In this document: piece after piece, positions 1 to 8,086 of the stretch
How the letters are laid out: every line of letters begins with the position of its first letter
Position numbering within the stretch: the first letter of the stretch is position 1
From: a virus
Taxonomy: Duplodnaviria > Caudoviricetes
Length of the DNA: 63,971 nt
Strand: one strand, 5' to 3'
Virus record (IMG/VR): IMGVR_UViG_3300037608_000035
Location: 1-63,971 of that record
Notes under the pieces: generated by a model
What the model was told of the DNA's origin: nothing
Seen by the model: the letters and a program-made list of their open reading frames with translations, nothing else
Database searches by the model: none
Translations under genes and position numbers: made by a program

Positions 1-550
1 GCTTTTTTGCCTCCTCTTCCGCGATCTTGCGTAGCCGTTTGGATTCTTCCTCAGCGACCTTCCGGGCCTCTTCCATTGCCTTTTTGTTCAGTTCATCGGC
101 CTCACGGCGCATCTCGGCCTGGAGTTTATCCGCTGCGAGTTTTGCTTGTCTCGCGGCCTCTTGGCGGTCCAGTTCAAGCCGAGTGTTGTAGGCTTTTTCC
201 TTCGCAGTCGCGACCGTAACCGCCTCATTCAGCGGCCCCGTGATCATCTTGGCAATGGAGTTTACAGCGGTGACATAATCATTCGGCCTGGTGACGATTG
301 CTTTGCGCTTTTCCTCGACGGCTTTCATGATACGCTTTGCTTCTCCGATCAGGGCGACGGCATAACCCTGGGTCTCCACATCCCTGACCTCCACGGCCTT
401 AGCATCCCTGACGATCTCCAGCGTCCGGCCCCTGAATACTTCAAATTTTGGTTTCGCGACTTCCAGTGACAACTCCTGCCCGATCGTGACGATCTCGCCC
501 GGTTCGCTGTAGGCTCCGGCCTCTACTACTTCATCAAAATTCAATCCCAT
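1..550 (-). CDS. 5' part of coiled-coil early protein (allelic duplicate of 62916-63809), runs off window edge
   Basis: ATG at 550 (MGLNFDEVV) after GGAGG; same frame and sequence as the right-end copy. Confidence 0.8.
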   Translation of the reverse strand, partial: MGLNFDEVVEAGAYSEPGEIVTIGQELSLEVAKPKFEVFRGRTLEIVRDAKAVEVRDVETQGYAVALIGEAKRIMKAVEEKRKAIVTRPNDYVTAVNSIAKMITGPLNEAVTVATAKEKAYNTRLELDRQEAARQAKLAADKLQAEMRREADELNKKAMEEARKVAEEESKRLRKIAEEEAKK

Positions 551-712
551 AACCGTTCCTCCCTCTCCCGTTCGTACCAAAAAGATAAAACCACGTTTCC
601 TTCCATGAACCCATATACCTGCCCCCGGAGACTGCTATTTCGCTTTGAAGTATCTGTGGGCGTTGAGCGCTCCCAAAAAGGCATTGAATGCCATCAATTC
701 GTTTTCTTTGGT
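1..712. repeat. Terminal redundancy, left copy (matches 63260-63971); indicates circular genome of ~63,259 bp
   Basis: Colinear ungapped match to the window end; first 127 bp and last ~89 bp identical, ~23 substitutions in between. Confidence 0.95.
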
Positions 713-1177
713 GTCTGACAACCATTTAACCCTTGCCGTCCCGCCATTCGGATCTGGTTGAATCGTCCCGGCGTTGTCCACCTTGTAACCGTTCTCGATG
801 GCCGCCCGCTTGTACGCGGCGATTTGGGCGAGCCATGTCCGGGAACCGACCAGCGGTGTCTTTAGGTCCAGAAGCGCATATTGACCGTCCATCATGACAA
901 AGAGGAAATCCGCATGGCCGATGTAGCCATGTGCTGATGCAACCTCGAATTCGACGGCGATTACTTCCTTGACGTTCCTGTTAAACCATCCCTTAAAGGA
1001 TTCGACGTAACCATGTTGACCCTCGGGGACTTCATTGATGTAGATACCAAGGGCATAGGCTCCGCAGAGGTGATGAACGGATGTTCCGCGCGTCGCCGCC
1101 GCCAGCAGAACATCCGGCGGGACCATCGAGAAGTCGGAAAACGGGGCAAGGATGGAGGTCACGCGGGGTAAGCTCAT
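635..1177 (-). CDS. PD-(D/E)XK exonuclease-like protein (RecE/Cas4-like partner of RecT)
   Basis: PRVTSIL...RGTSVH...GYIGHAD...LLDLKT...QIAAY motifs; GAGG RBS before ATG 1177; frame also open upstream to 1369. Confidence 0.8.
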   Translation of the reverse strand: MSLPRVTSILAPFSDFSMVPPDVLLAAATRGTSVHHLCGAYALGIYINEVPEGQHGYVESFKGWFNRNVKEVIAVEFEVASAHGYIGHADFLFVMMDGQYALLDLKTPLVGSRTWLAQIAAYKRAAIENGYKVDNAGTIQPDPNGGTARVKWLSDTKENELMAFNAFLGALNAHRYFKAK

Positions 1178-1365
1178 TTCATCCTCACCGTTTTTGACCC
1201 GCACGCGCATGTACATTTGTTCGAGTATAGGCGTTCCGTCGGGTCCAATCCCGATAGGAAAGCTTAGGCGAAAATGCTCACATGCCCTGCAATTAACAGC
1301 TTCATTCGTCGATCCCTTGCGATAGCGATAGGTTTCCTTGTCTTTCAGCTTTGGCATTGATCCCA

Positions 1366-1548
1366 TCATTTCGTCCTCGTATGCTTGTCCACAAAGGCCC
1401 GGAGCGCATCTATGCAATCATCAACGGCCTGAGCCTTATCGAGCCCCATCGTGACCCTTACCTCTTCTCCCTTGTATTCGCGGCCTGTGAAAAAAGTGAT
1501 GGTCGGATACCCCTTGAATTCTCCCTCTTCTGCGCGTGGTTTTGACAT
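1366..1548 (-). CDS. Small hypothetical protein (60 aa)
   Basis: MSKPRAEEGEFKGYP...; GGGAG upstream; ATGA-coupled to next gene. Confidence 0.65.
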   Translation of the reverse strand: MSKPRAEEGEFKGYPTITFFTGREYKGEEVRVTMGLDKAQAVDDCIDALRAFVDKHTRTK

Positions 1549-1567
1549 CGGCCGTTCAATCTCCCAC

Positions 1568-1858
1568 TTAAAACAATGGTATCTGTCCGCCCATTTCGGC
1601 AGGCATCCATGTGATGGCCATGCGCCCGGATATGGTGCAGGGCCGCTTCGGGCACTCGACGACCGCGCCCATCTCCCGCAGCTCAAATACGCGGGGCGTA
1701 ATGCTATTGATTTCGATTCCGGTCATACGGGACAATTCTTTGTTAGTCAGGGGCCGGGCGTAATTGCGTAGAACCCTCAAAACCTTCTCCTGCATCGGTC
1801 CCAGCTCTCCCCTGTCCCGCAAATCCCGGTAGGTTTCGATGGATGTGGCCTGGACCAT
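1568..1858 (-). CDS. Winged helix-turn-helix DNA-binding protein
   Basis: LTNKELSRMTGIEINSITPRVFELREMG HTH pattern. Confidence 0.75.
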   Translation of the reverse strand: MVQATSIETYRDLRDRGELGPMQEKVLRVLRNYARPLTNKELSRMTGIEINSITPRVFELREMGAVVECPKRPCTISGRMAITWMPAEMGGQIPLF

Positions 1859-1871
1859 CAGTATCCCCCCG

Positions 1872-2123
1872 CTATGCCTTGTAAAGTGCCAGGGTCTTTT
1901 GCAGTCCGGCGATGAACCCAGCCCGGATGCCTTCCATGATTCCCATGAGCAACGCCACAGGGATAAACAATAAGCTGCCGCACAACTTGATGAATTCGAT
2001 GTAGGTTCCCGGCACGAATGACCAATCAGACTGCTTCTGAAATTTCTGGTTGACTTCCCGAAGGGACGACTTCACCTTCACCGCTTTCTTATCGACCAAT
2101 ACCGGCTGTGTTTTTCCGTTCAT
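1872..2123 (-). CDS. Hypothetical membrane protein
   Basis: GGAGGGGAG RBS; hydrophobic C-terminal helix. Confidence 0.65.
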   Translation of the reverse strand: MNGKTQPVLVDKKAVKVKSSLREVNQKFQKQSDWSFVPGTYIEFIKLCGSLLFIPVALLMGIMEGIRAGFIAGLQKTLALYKA

Positions 2124-2133
2124 GCTCCCCCTC

Positions 2134-2316
2134 CTAATCGTTTGTATGTTCCTCTTTGCATTTAATCAGATATGCCAACCTGTCCCGCAATCGTGGGCCA
2201 GCATTAGCCGGATGGACTTCGCGGACCTTGTTGATTTTTACCCATCCAAAGGGCTGCGGCTCAAAACCATGTCGTTCCAACGCAGCCATATATTGCTTTA
2301 CTGACATGTCGCGCAT
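2134..2316 (-). CDS. Small hypothetical protein
   Basis: AGGGAGGGGAG RBS before ATG 2316; tiles with neighbours. Confidence 0.6.
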   Translation of the reverse strand: MRDMSVKQYMAALERHGFEPQPFGWVKINKVREVHPANAGPRLRDRLAYLIKCKEEHTND

Positions 2317-2327
2317 GGCTCCCCTCC

Positions 2328-2546
2328 CTAATTTGCGCCCAAGCACCAGCCCCGCACAGTGCTCCATACATAAGTTGCCCAAGCATCGAAAATCCTGGGC
2401 TCTTCTGCGTGTTTGCTATTGTGAGCACCGACTGTGACGACAAGGGTAAAATCACCCTCGCTGATAGTTTTAGCCTCAATAAATCGAATGACGGGGCCGA
2501 AGTGTGGATTGTCTTTCCTGATTTGCTCCTCTGTTAATTGACTCAT
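2328..2546 (-). CDS. Small hypothetical protein
   Basis: GGAGG RBS; tiles within early-left operon. Confidence 0.65.
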   Translation of the reverse strand: MSQLTEEQIRKDNPHFGPVIRFIEAKTISEGDFTLVVTVGAHNSKHAEEPRIFDAWATYVWSTVRGWCLGAN

Positions 2547-2556
2547 GGCTACCTCC

Positions 2557-2670
2557 CTAAGTTATGATTAAAAGTATGATGAAGATGATCCCGATCCCGG
2601 CGACGGCCAGAAAACCGGACACGACGCGCCAGAGATCCTCCTCAACGGCTTTCAATAGACAGCTTCTCAT
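2557..2670 (-). CDS. 37-aa single-TM membrane peptide
   Basis: AGGAGG RBS; MRSCLLKAVEEDLWRVVSGFLAVAGIGIIFIILLIIT. Confidence 0.6.
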   Translation of the reverse strand: MRSCLLKAVEEDLWRVVSGFLAVAGIGIIFIILLIIT

Positions 2671-2678
2671 GTTGCCTC

Positions 2679-2765
2679 CTATTTCAATTTTTCCTTCAGC
2701 ATCCACGCCAGCAGCAGAGCCAGAATCCCTGTGACAATCCAGATTGCTATACAAATCGGGTGCAT
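2679..2765 (-). CDS. 28-aa single-TM membrane peptide (not in ORF track)
   Basis: AGGAG RBS; MHPICIAIWIVTGILALLLAWMLKEKLK*; stop overlaps RBS of next gene. Confidence 0.6.
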   Translation of the reverse strand: MHPICIAIWIVTGILALLLAWMLKEKLK

Positions 2766-3017
2766 TTTGATGCTCCTGTTTTTTGGGTGCAGGACTCCTT
2801 AATGAGCCGCCCATGTCCTCCCAATCATGGGCAGCCGATAATCAGTCTTGCTACGGTTGCGGCCTCTCCGCCACCCTACTTCCCGGACCCTCGTAGAATC
2901 CGGTGGCCGTTCGGTCTGTGTCTGCACTGGCCCCTCTGCGGGGCACGCGGCATCATCCATCAATGACCGGGGCGCTTGGGGCTGTGTTTCAAGGAGCCGT
3001 TTTTATCTGTCGGAGAT

Positions 3018-3046
3018 AGGATAGACTTTAATTGACTAATTGTCAA
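3018..3046 (-). promoter_or_regulatory. PL-like early leftward sigma70 promoter with overlapping operator
   Basis: TTGACA-17bp-TATCCT on minus strand; contains palindrome TTGAC-N5-GTCAA similar to the PR region. Confidence 0.8.
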
Positions 3047-3073
3047 GTCTTTTTTTGTCTATTTCAGAAAGGC

Positions 3074-3097
3074 AATAAAAAACCCGCCGAAGCGGGG
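3074..3097 (-). terminator. Intrinsic terminator of the cI operon
   Basis: CCCGC-TTCG-GCGGG followed by T-tract on minus strand. Confidence 0.85.
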
Positions 3098-3129
3098 AGG
3101 GGGTTTGATTATTTACTTAGAGTTTCAGG

Positions 3130-3450
3130 TTATTTCAAATAGCTGCCGGTAATAATAATGCGTCCATCAACGGTACTGCCCTTGGTGCAGGATTGCCCAA
3201 AGCTGGCGCATACCTTAACTCTGTTACGCTGAGGCTCAAGGATTCTACTGTTATAAGAAGCTATGCAATTAGGTTCAGGGGCTTTAATGCTTATATCGAC
3301 AACACGACCAGGGAAATCAACATAGGCGCAGACTTCATCCCCCCAGGCGACTCCCGATAGTTGAACTTCCTGATTTATTGCGACGTATTCTCCGGAAGAG
3401 CACCCGATCAGCAATAAAAAAATAAAGGCGGTCCAAGCTATTCTTTTCAT
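3130..3450 (-). CDS. Lipoprotein (moron; possible superinfection exclusion)
   Basis: MKRIAWTAFIFLLLIGC signal peptide II/lipobox; lower GC; last gene of cI operon. Confidence 0.75.
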   Translation of the reverse strand: MKRIAWTAFIFLLLIGCSSGEYVAINQEVQLSGVAWGDEVCAYVDFPGRVVDISIKAPEPNCIASYNSRILEPQRNRVKVCASFGQSCTKGSTVDGRIIITGSYLK

Positions 3451-3462
3451 GAAGAATCCCAC

Positions 3463-4929
3463 TTATAAATCAATTTCAGCCTGTTCTTTTGCCTTTTCCT
3501 TTACCTGCGCTGCCTTTTTGAACGTCGCGCCCACTTGCCGGATCGGGGGCATTTCGACGCGCTTCCCGTCCAGCAGTTCGGCTATGGTCAATAGCTGAAC
3601 CTTCGGGTACTTCTTATTCCATAGGGCCGACTCATAGAATCCGGCCGTAGCGGCTTCTGTTTTCATTGGGGCGGGGGCTTTCTGCATGGAGATAAGAACC
3701 CCTATCGCCGCCTTTTCCCGCTCCAGGACTCCCTTCAGATCCCGCACGTGCGCGGAGCCTGTCTTTCCTGCCTTCACCGACAGGATCACGCTTTCAAATG
3801 TCCCCGGTTTATCCCCTTGGAAGATGATCTTTCCATCAATCCCTTTGTCCGATCCCTTTTTCGCTGATGTTGCAACGCGCGCCCCCACCAATCCCAAAGC
3901 CCAGGCTTGGAATTGGAAGGGCTCGGTTTCAGCCAGGCGTTCGGCATCTTGAAGGCTTACGGGTTCACCGATCACCTTAAACGCGGCGGCCTCGCCGAAG
4001 GAATCCTTGAGCCGCACTTTGATCAGGTTTATGGCAAGGTGTGTTATGTCGATCCCGATCCACCGGCGATCAAGCATTTGCGCGGCGGCAATCGTGGTCC
4101 CGCAGCCGCAGAACGGGTCCAGCACCACGTCGCCGGGGTTGCTGCTCGCGGAGATGATTCGCTCCAGAAGGGCAACGGGTTTTTGTGTGGGGTAGCCGAG
4201 ACGCTCACGGGCTTGGGAATTTATGACTGATATATCCCACACATCATCCATTGGACGACCAGCGGAGTCCTCATCTGTCATTTGGGTCACAAGCCGAACA
4301 TCCCCATCGTATTCAACCTTGCTTTTCTTGCCTCGCCATCGTTTAAGCGTCCCCTTTGATAGTGATTCCAAGAGTATATTAAACGTATTTTCCCGATGTG
4401 CCTTCGCGTAGAATAGGATCACGTCGTGCATCCGTTGGAAGTTTTTCTGCTTAGCTGGCCAGCGTTGATAATGCCATATTATTTCATTCCGAAAACTTCC
4501 CGAACCTAAAACCGAGTCCATCAGCATCTTCAGGTAGTGACTGGCCGTCGGGTCGCAATGGAGGTAGATGCTCCCGGTCTGTTTCATTACGCGGCGCAAC
4601 TCCACGAGCCGCGGGGCCATCATCACGAGATAGGCCAGCATGTCGCATTCGCCGAGGAAGGTCCGGAACGCCTGAAGGCAATCCGCTACACGCCCGCCCG
4701 CGGTAACGATCTCCGCATAGATGGACTCGCTTTCCTGATTCCATGTCCAGGTGTCCGTGAAGGCCCGGATCTGGCTGGCGGCCTTGCTGCCGTTCTTCTC
4801 TGCGAATAGGACGTTGTAATTTGCGTTGGAATTGAAAGGTGGGTCAAGATAAACGAGATCAACCGTCTCATCCTTCACGTAGCGCTGAAGAATGTCAAGG
4901 TTGTCTCCGTAATAAAGCGTGTTTTCCAT
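3463..4929 (-). CDS. N6/N4 DNA methyltransferase (beta class) fused to C-terminal Mrr-like endonuclease domain
   Basis: LVYLDPPF (motif IV), YPTQKP, VLDPFCGCGTT (motif I); C-terminal DKGIDG...SVK. Confidence 0.9.
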   Translation of the reverse strand: MENTLYYGDNLDILQRYVKDETVDLVYLDPPFNSNANYNVLFAEKNGSKAASQIRAFTDTWTWNQESESIYAEIVTAGGRVADCLQAFRTFLGECDMLAYLVMMAPRLVELRRVMKQTGSIYLHCDPTASHYLKMLMDSVLGSGSFRNEIIWHYQRWPAKQKNFQRMHDVILFYAKAHRENTFNILLESLSKGTLKRWRGKKSKVEYDGDVRLVTQMTDEDSAGRPMDDVWDISVINSQARERLGYPTQKPVALLERIISASSNPGDVVLDPFCGCGTTIAAAQMLDRRWIGIDITHLAINLIKVRLKDSFGEAAAFKVIGEPVSLQDAERLAETEPFQFQAWALGLVGARVATSAKKGSDKGIDGKIIFQGDKPGTFESVILSVKAGKTGSAHVRDLKGVLEREKAAIGVLISMQKAPAPMKTEAATAGFYESALWNKKYPKVQLLTIAELLDGKRVEMPPIRQVGATFKKAAQVKEKAKEQAEIDL

Positions 4930-4942
4930 TGACTTGGCTTTG

Positions 4943-5587
4943 CTATAATTTCGCTATAATATCAACAATCTTCCCAATAACCCTAAAGTCAACCCGGCTG
5001 TCCTTCTTTATTACGGTTGCAGGGTATTTATCATTCGTCGGCTCAAGCCGGACCTCTGTATCTGTTTCCCAAAACAGCTTGAAAGTCACTTCGCCGTTAA
5101 GCCATATCACACAGGGTGTTCCATTATCGCATTTTATCTCTGGGTCAACAACAATAATATCGCCCGGCATGAAACGGGGCATCATGCTCTCTCCCTCGAC
5201 GCGCAGTGCGAAGGTATTAGGACTGACAACCTTGATGGAATACACCGGCTCACCCTCGCCTGATTCGCCCGCAGCATGAATATCCGAGGCTTCGCAGAAG
5301 GCCCCGGCCTGCACCCAGGATATGACAGGGATGGGGCGGGGTTTCTTTTCAGGGATCGGGATAGAACTTGCTTCGCCCGTAAGTAACCAATATCTGTCAA
5401 CATGGAAATAATCAGCCAAGGCAAAAGTTTCAGTGATTGTTGGTTCTTGCTTGCCAGACTCGATCCTTTTTATTTTTGCCTGCGCTTGTCCATCGGTCGA
5501 ATTAGAGATAAGCCGACCGATCTCCGTTTGACTCGGGCGAGGAACCCGATTCAGCCTCAATTCTTTTATTCTTTCTCCGATAGTCAT
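4943..5587 (-). CDS. cI: CI-like repressor (HTH + S24 peptidase)
   Basis: N-terminal XRE HTH; IPVISWVQAG cleavage site, GESM serine and TFK lysine of LexA/CI peptidase. Confidence 0.92.
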   Translation of the reverse strand: MTIGERIKELRLNRVPRPSQTEIGRLISNSTDGQAQAKIKRIESGKQEPTITETFALADYFHVDRYWLLTGEASSIPIPEKKPRPIPVISWVQAGAFCEASDIHAAGESGEGEPVYSIKVVSPNTFALRVEGESMMPRFMPGDIIVVDPEIKCDNGTPCVIWLNGEVTFKLFWETDTEVRLEPTNDKYPATVIKKDSRVDFRVIGKIVDIIAKL

Positions 5588-5595
5588 AAAATGCC

Positions 5596-5624
5596 TTGAC
5601 ATATAGTCATTGTTTGTCTATAAT
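5596..5624 (+). promoter_or_regulatory. PR-like consensus sigma70 promoter, leaderless cro transcript; overlapping operator
   Basis: TTGACA(5596)-17bp-TATAAT(5619); ATG 6 nt downstream; TTGAC-N5-GTCAT. Confidence 0.9.
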
Positions 5625-5630
5625 GCCGCC

Positions 5631-5840
5631 ATGCAATTAGACACATGGCAAGATCAGAATAATGTTGACGACGTAACCCTTGCAGATGGGATTGAAGTCC
5701 ATCCGTCCTTTTTGTCTCATTATAAGGCGGGCCGGAGAAATCTATCCCCAGCTACGGCACTTCGTATTGAGATTTTCACCGGCGGCGCTGTGACGCGCAT
5801 GGAGCTTCTGTACCCCGAACAAACAAACGGGGGCCGCTGA
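5631..5840 (+). CDS. cro: Cro-like (YdaS-type) HTH regulator
   Basis: Divergent from cI; LADGIEVHPSFLSH...ALRIEIFTGGAVTRMELLYP. Confidence 0.85.
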   Translation: MQLDTWQDQNNVDDVTLADGIEVHPSFLSHYKAGRRNLSPATALRIEIFTGGAVTRMELLYPEQTNGGR

Positions 5841-6229
5841 TGAAACAAATTCCCCTTACACGAGGCAAAATAGCTTTTGTTGATGATGCCGATTTTGAAT
5901 GGCTGAACCAATGGAAATGGTATGCATCCAAGGATAGAAAGGGGAAATTTTACGCGCGGAGAAAGGTGCATGTCATGGGTAAAAAAATAACTGTGCAGAT
6001 GCACCGTGAAATTTTGGACCCAGGCCCTGGCGTCATGACAGACCATAGAGACGGGAGCGGACTTAATAATCAAAGGCATAACCTCCGAACATGCAATCAC
6101 CAACAAAACAACATGAATCGTAATACTACAAGGGGGGCTTCCCGTTACAAGGGTGTTTATTGGCACAAATATAAACCTTTTTTGAATAAAACTCAAATAA
6201 TTCTGAGGTTCTTTTGTGAAGCTCAATGA
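5840..6229 (+). CDS. HNH endonuclease with truncated AP2 domain
   Basis: MHREIL...DHRDGSGLNNQRHNLR...N; SRYKGVYW start of AP2, then similarity breaks off. Confidence 0.8.
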   Translation: MKQIPLTRGKIAFVDDADFEWLNQWKWYASKDRKGKFYARRKVHVMGKKITVQMHREILDPGPGVMTDHRDGSGLNNQRHNLRTCNHQQNNMNRNTTRGASRYKGVYWHKYKPFLNKTQIILRFFCEAQ

Positions 6230-6428
6230 AGAGAAGGTCCCCGTTTCTGTATCGCTTGAGCAGTGGCTCATCGAAATCATTGATCACACCTGTAAAACCC
6301 TGGACATCAATCGTTCTCAGCTTGTTACCCGCGCCGTCAAACATTACTGTATGGACCGGATTATCAAACAAAATCCGGCCCTTTTGGAGTTAATTTATAA
6401 CCACATGGAAAATGATTTCAAACGATAG
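6216..6428 (+). CDS. Ribbon-helix-helix-like regulator
   Basis: VPVSVSLEQWLIEIID...INRSQLVTRAV pattern; GTG start after GAGG. Confidence 0.6.
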   Translation: MKLNEEKVPVSVSLEQWLIEIIDHTCKTLDINRSQLVTRAVKHYCMDRIIKQNPALLELIYNHMENDFKR

Positions 6429-6474
6429 AAATTATTTTAATTATTTTCCTAAAATTTCAAGGAGGAGAGGGAAG

Positions 6475-6795
6475 ATGCAAGAGATTACAGAAAGTATTTT
6501 GCAGGCCGTCGCGGGCGATATTGAAAAGCTGCTACTTGAGGACAGGGAAAATATTGCCTTTGCATACAAGAGAATGCCGGACGGGATAAAGCTGTCAATG
6601 GGGATCACGCTGGACCCGTCCAGCAACGGGATCGTCGTCAATTACGATTTCGGTTTTGACCTCGAACCCAAGCCGGAACCGCCTGAGAAGCACAAGGTAA
6701 AATTCAAACGGACAATCAACGAGACGCAGGAAGATTTGTTCAGGGGCATCCGTGAGGGCCGGATGACGGTTACTTTTGGAGATGGGGCAGCATGA
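6475..6795 (+). CDS. Hypothetical protein
   Basis: Strong AAGGAGGAGAGG RBS; ATGA overlap with rusA. Confidence 0.75.
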   Translation: MQEITESILQAVAGDIEKLLLEDRENIAFAYKRMPDGIKLSMGITLDPSSNGIVVNYDFGFDLEPKPEPPEKHKVKFKRTINETQEDLFRGIREGRMTVTFGDGAA

Positions 6796-7199
6796 CCCAT
6801 CAATCCATCATCATTTCCGGCAAGCCCATTGCGAAAAAGCGGCCACGGTTTTTTCGTCGCGATAACTTCGCCGGGACGTATAACTGCCAGGAAACCGAAG
6901 AGGGGCGCTGGATACTGGACGCGAAACAGGCCATTACGGAAAGGGCCGGGGCAGGAACGCCCGTGGCCCTGAAATGCTGGTTCTATTTCGACTTTCCGAA
7001 GTCCATGAGTAAAAAGAAACGGGCCGGGGCCATCCATACCAAAAAGCCGGACCTGGACAACCTTGTTAAGTTCGTCAAGGACTGCCTGAATGGTATCGCA
7101 TGGCATGATGACAGCCAAGTTGTCAGCCTCATGGCAAAGAAATTATATGACTATGAAGGAATCGGCGCGAGAACTGAAATCATAATCGCCACTGAGTAA
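6792..7199 (+). CDS. rusA: RusA-family Holliday junction resolvase
   Basis: GKPIAKKRPR, KPDLDNLVKFVKDCLNGIAWHDDSQV signature. Confidence 0.9.
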   Translation: MTHQSIIISGKPIAKKRPRFFRRDNFAGTYNCQETEEGRWILDAKQAITERAGAGTPVALKCWFYFDFPKSMSKKKRAGAIHTKKPDLDNLVKFVKDCLNGIAWHDDSQVVSLMAKKLYDYEGIGARTEIIIATE

Positions 7200-7216
7200 G
7201 TATAGGGGAGAGGGAA

Positions 7217-8086
7217 GTGGGGAAGGCTCCGGCGTTTCAATTTTACCCTGGGGACTGGATACAGGATACCCGGATTTTAACGCCATTAACGCGGGGCATC
7301 TGGATTGATATGTTGTGTTTTATGTGGCGCTCTGAAGATCGGGGAAAATTAGAAGGAACGCCTGATCAATTATCTCGTCTTTTATCTTGTAAGCCATCGG
7401 AAATAAGTGAAGCCGTGCAGGAATTAAGAGACACAAAAATTGCAGACGTCAGCGTTACAAAATCGTTACATGTAACGGAGTGTAACGATTTGGTAACGGT
7501 CATTAACCGCCGCATGTATCGGGAGGAAAGAGAAAGGAAATTAACACGTTCGAGGGTTGCGCGTTATCGTGAAACGCAAGAGTTACGATTAAGTAACGAT
7601 GATGTAACGGCCCCTTCTTCTTCTTCATCTTCTACTTCAGGTACTAAAGTACCTATTGAAGAAGTATCTGAAACAGATACTTCTTTGTCAGAAACTGAAA
7701 AAATTGTTTCTGACGGAAATGGCAAATATCCCCCCTGTCCTCAAGATGAAATCGTAAACCTCTATCACAAGACACTCCCCGAATTGCCCAGGGTAAAACA
7801 TTGGCCGGAGAACCTTCGGGTTATATTAAGAACACGCTGGAAGGAAGATCCGGTGAGGCAAAAGCTGGGATGGTGGGAGCAGTTTTATCGGTATGTTCAT
7901 GAGTCTGACTTCCTGATGGGAAGGACCAAAGAGGCTTTTGTAGCCGACCTTGAATGGCTGATAAGACCGAAGAATTTCACAAAGATAGCCAATGGACGCT
8001 ATCACGGGAGGGGAAATTTATCAGCGAAACCACAACCGGGAATAACCGCATGGCTCGCCGGAAGGAGGGAAAATGCAGCAGGATGA
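7217..8086 (+). CDS. Phage replication initiator (DUF1376/YdaU-like N-terminus)
   Basis: KAPAFQFYPGDW...RGIWIDMLCFMW; C-terminal ADLEWLIRPKNFTKIANGRY; internal iterons. Confidence 0.8.
   Translation: MGKAPAFQFYPGDWIQDTRILTPLTRGIWIDMLCFMWRSEDRGKLEGTPDQLSRLLSCKPSEISEAVQELRDTKIADVSVTKSLHVTECNDLVTVINRRMYREERERKLTRSRVARYRETQELRLSNDDVTAPSSSSSSTSGTKVPIEEVSETDTSLSETEKIVSDGNGKYPPCPQDEIVNLYHKTLPELPRVKHWPENLRVILRTRWKEDPVRQKLGWWEQFYRYVHESDFLMGRTKEAFVADLEWLIRPKNFTKIANGRYHGRGNLSAKPQPGITAWLAGRRENAAG
7453..7609. repeat. Putative replication origin iterons (GTAACG/CGTTAC)
   Basis: About 8 GTAAC/GTTAC-core copies in two clusters (7453-7498, 7582-7609), ~10 bp phasing, inside initiator gene as in lambda O. 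Confidence 0.65.

Noticed and set aside
128-623. Diversity-generating retroelement TR/VR pair (vs 63387-63882)
   Set aside because: Mismatches are not adenine-specific to one copy, no reverse transcriptase is encoded, and the copies sit at the contig ends.
4941-4960. TGCTATAAT extended -10 pointing antisense into cI
   Set aside because: Explained by the last cI codons and stop, with no correctly spaced -35; cannot be supported.
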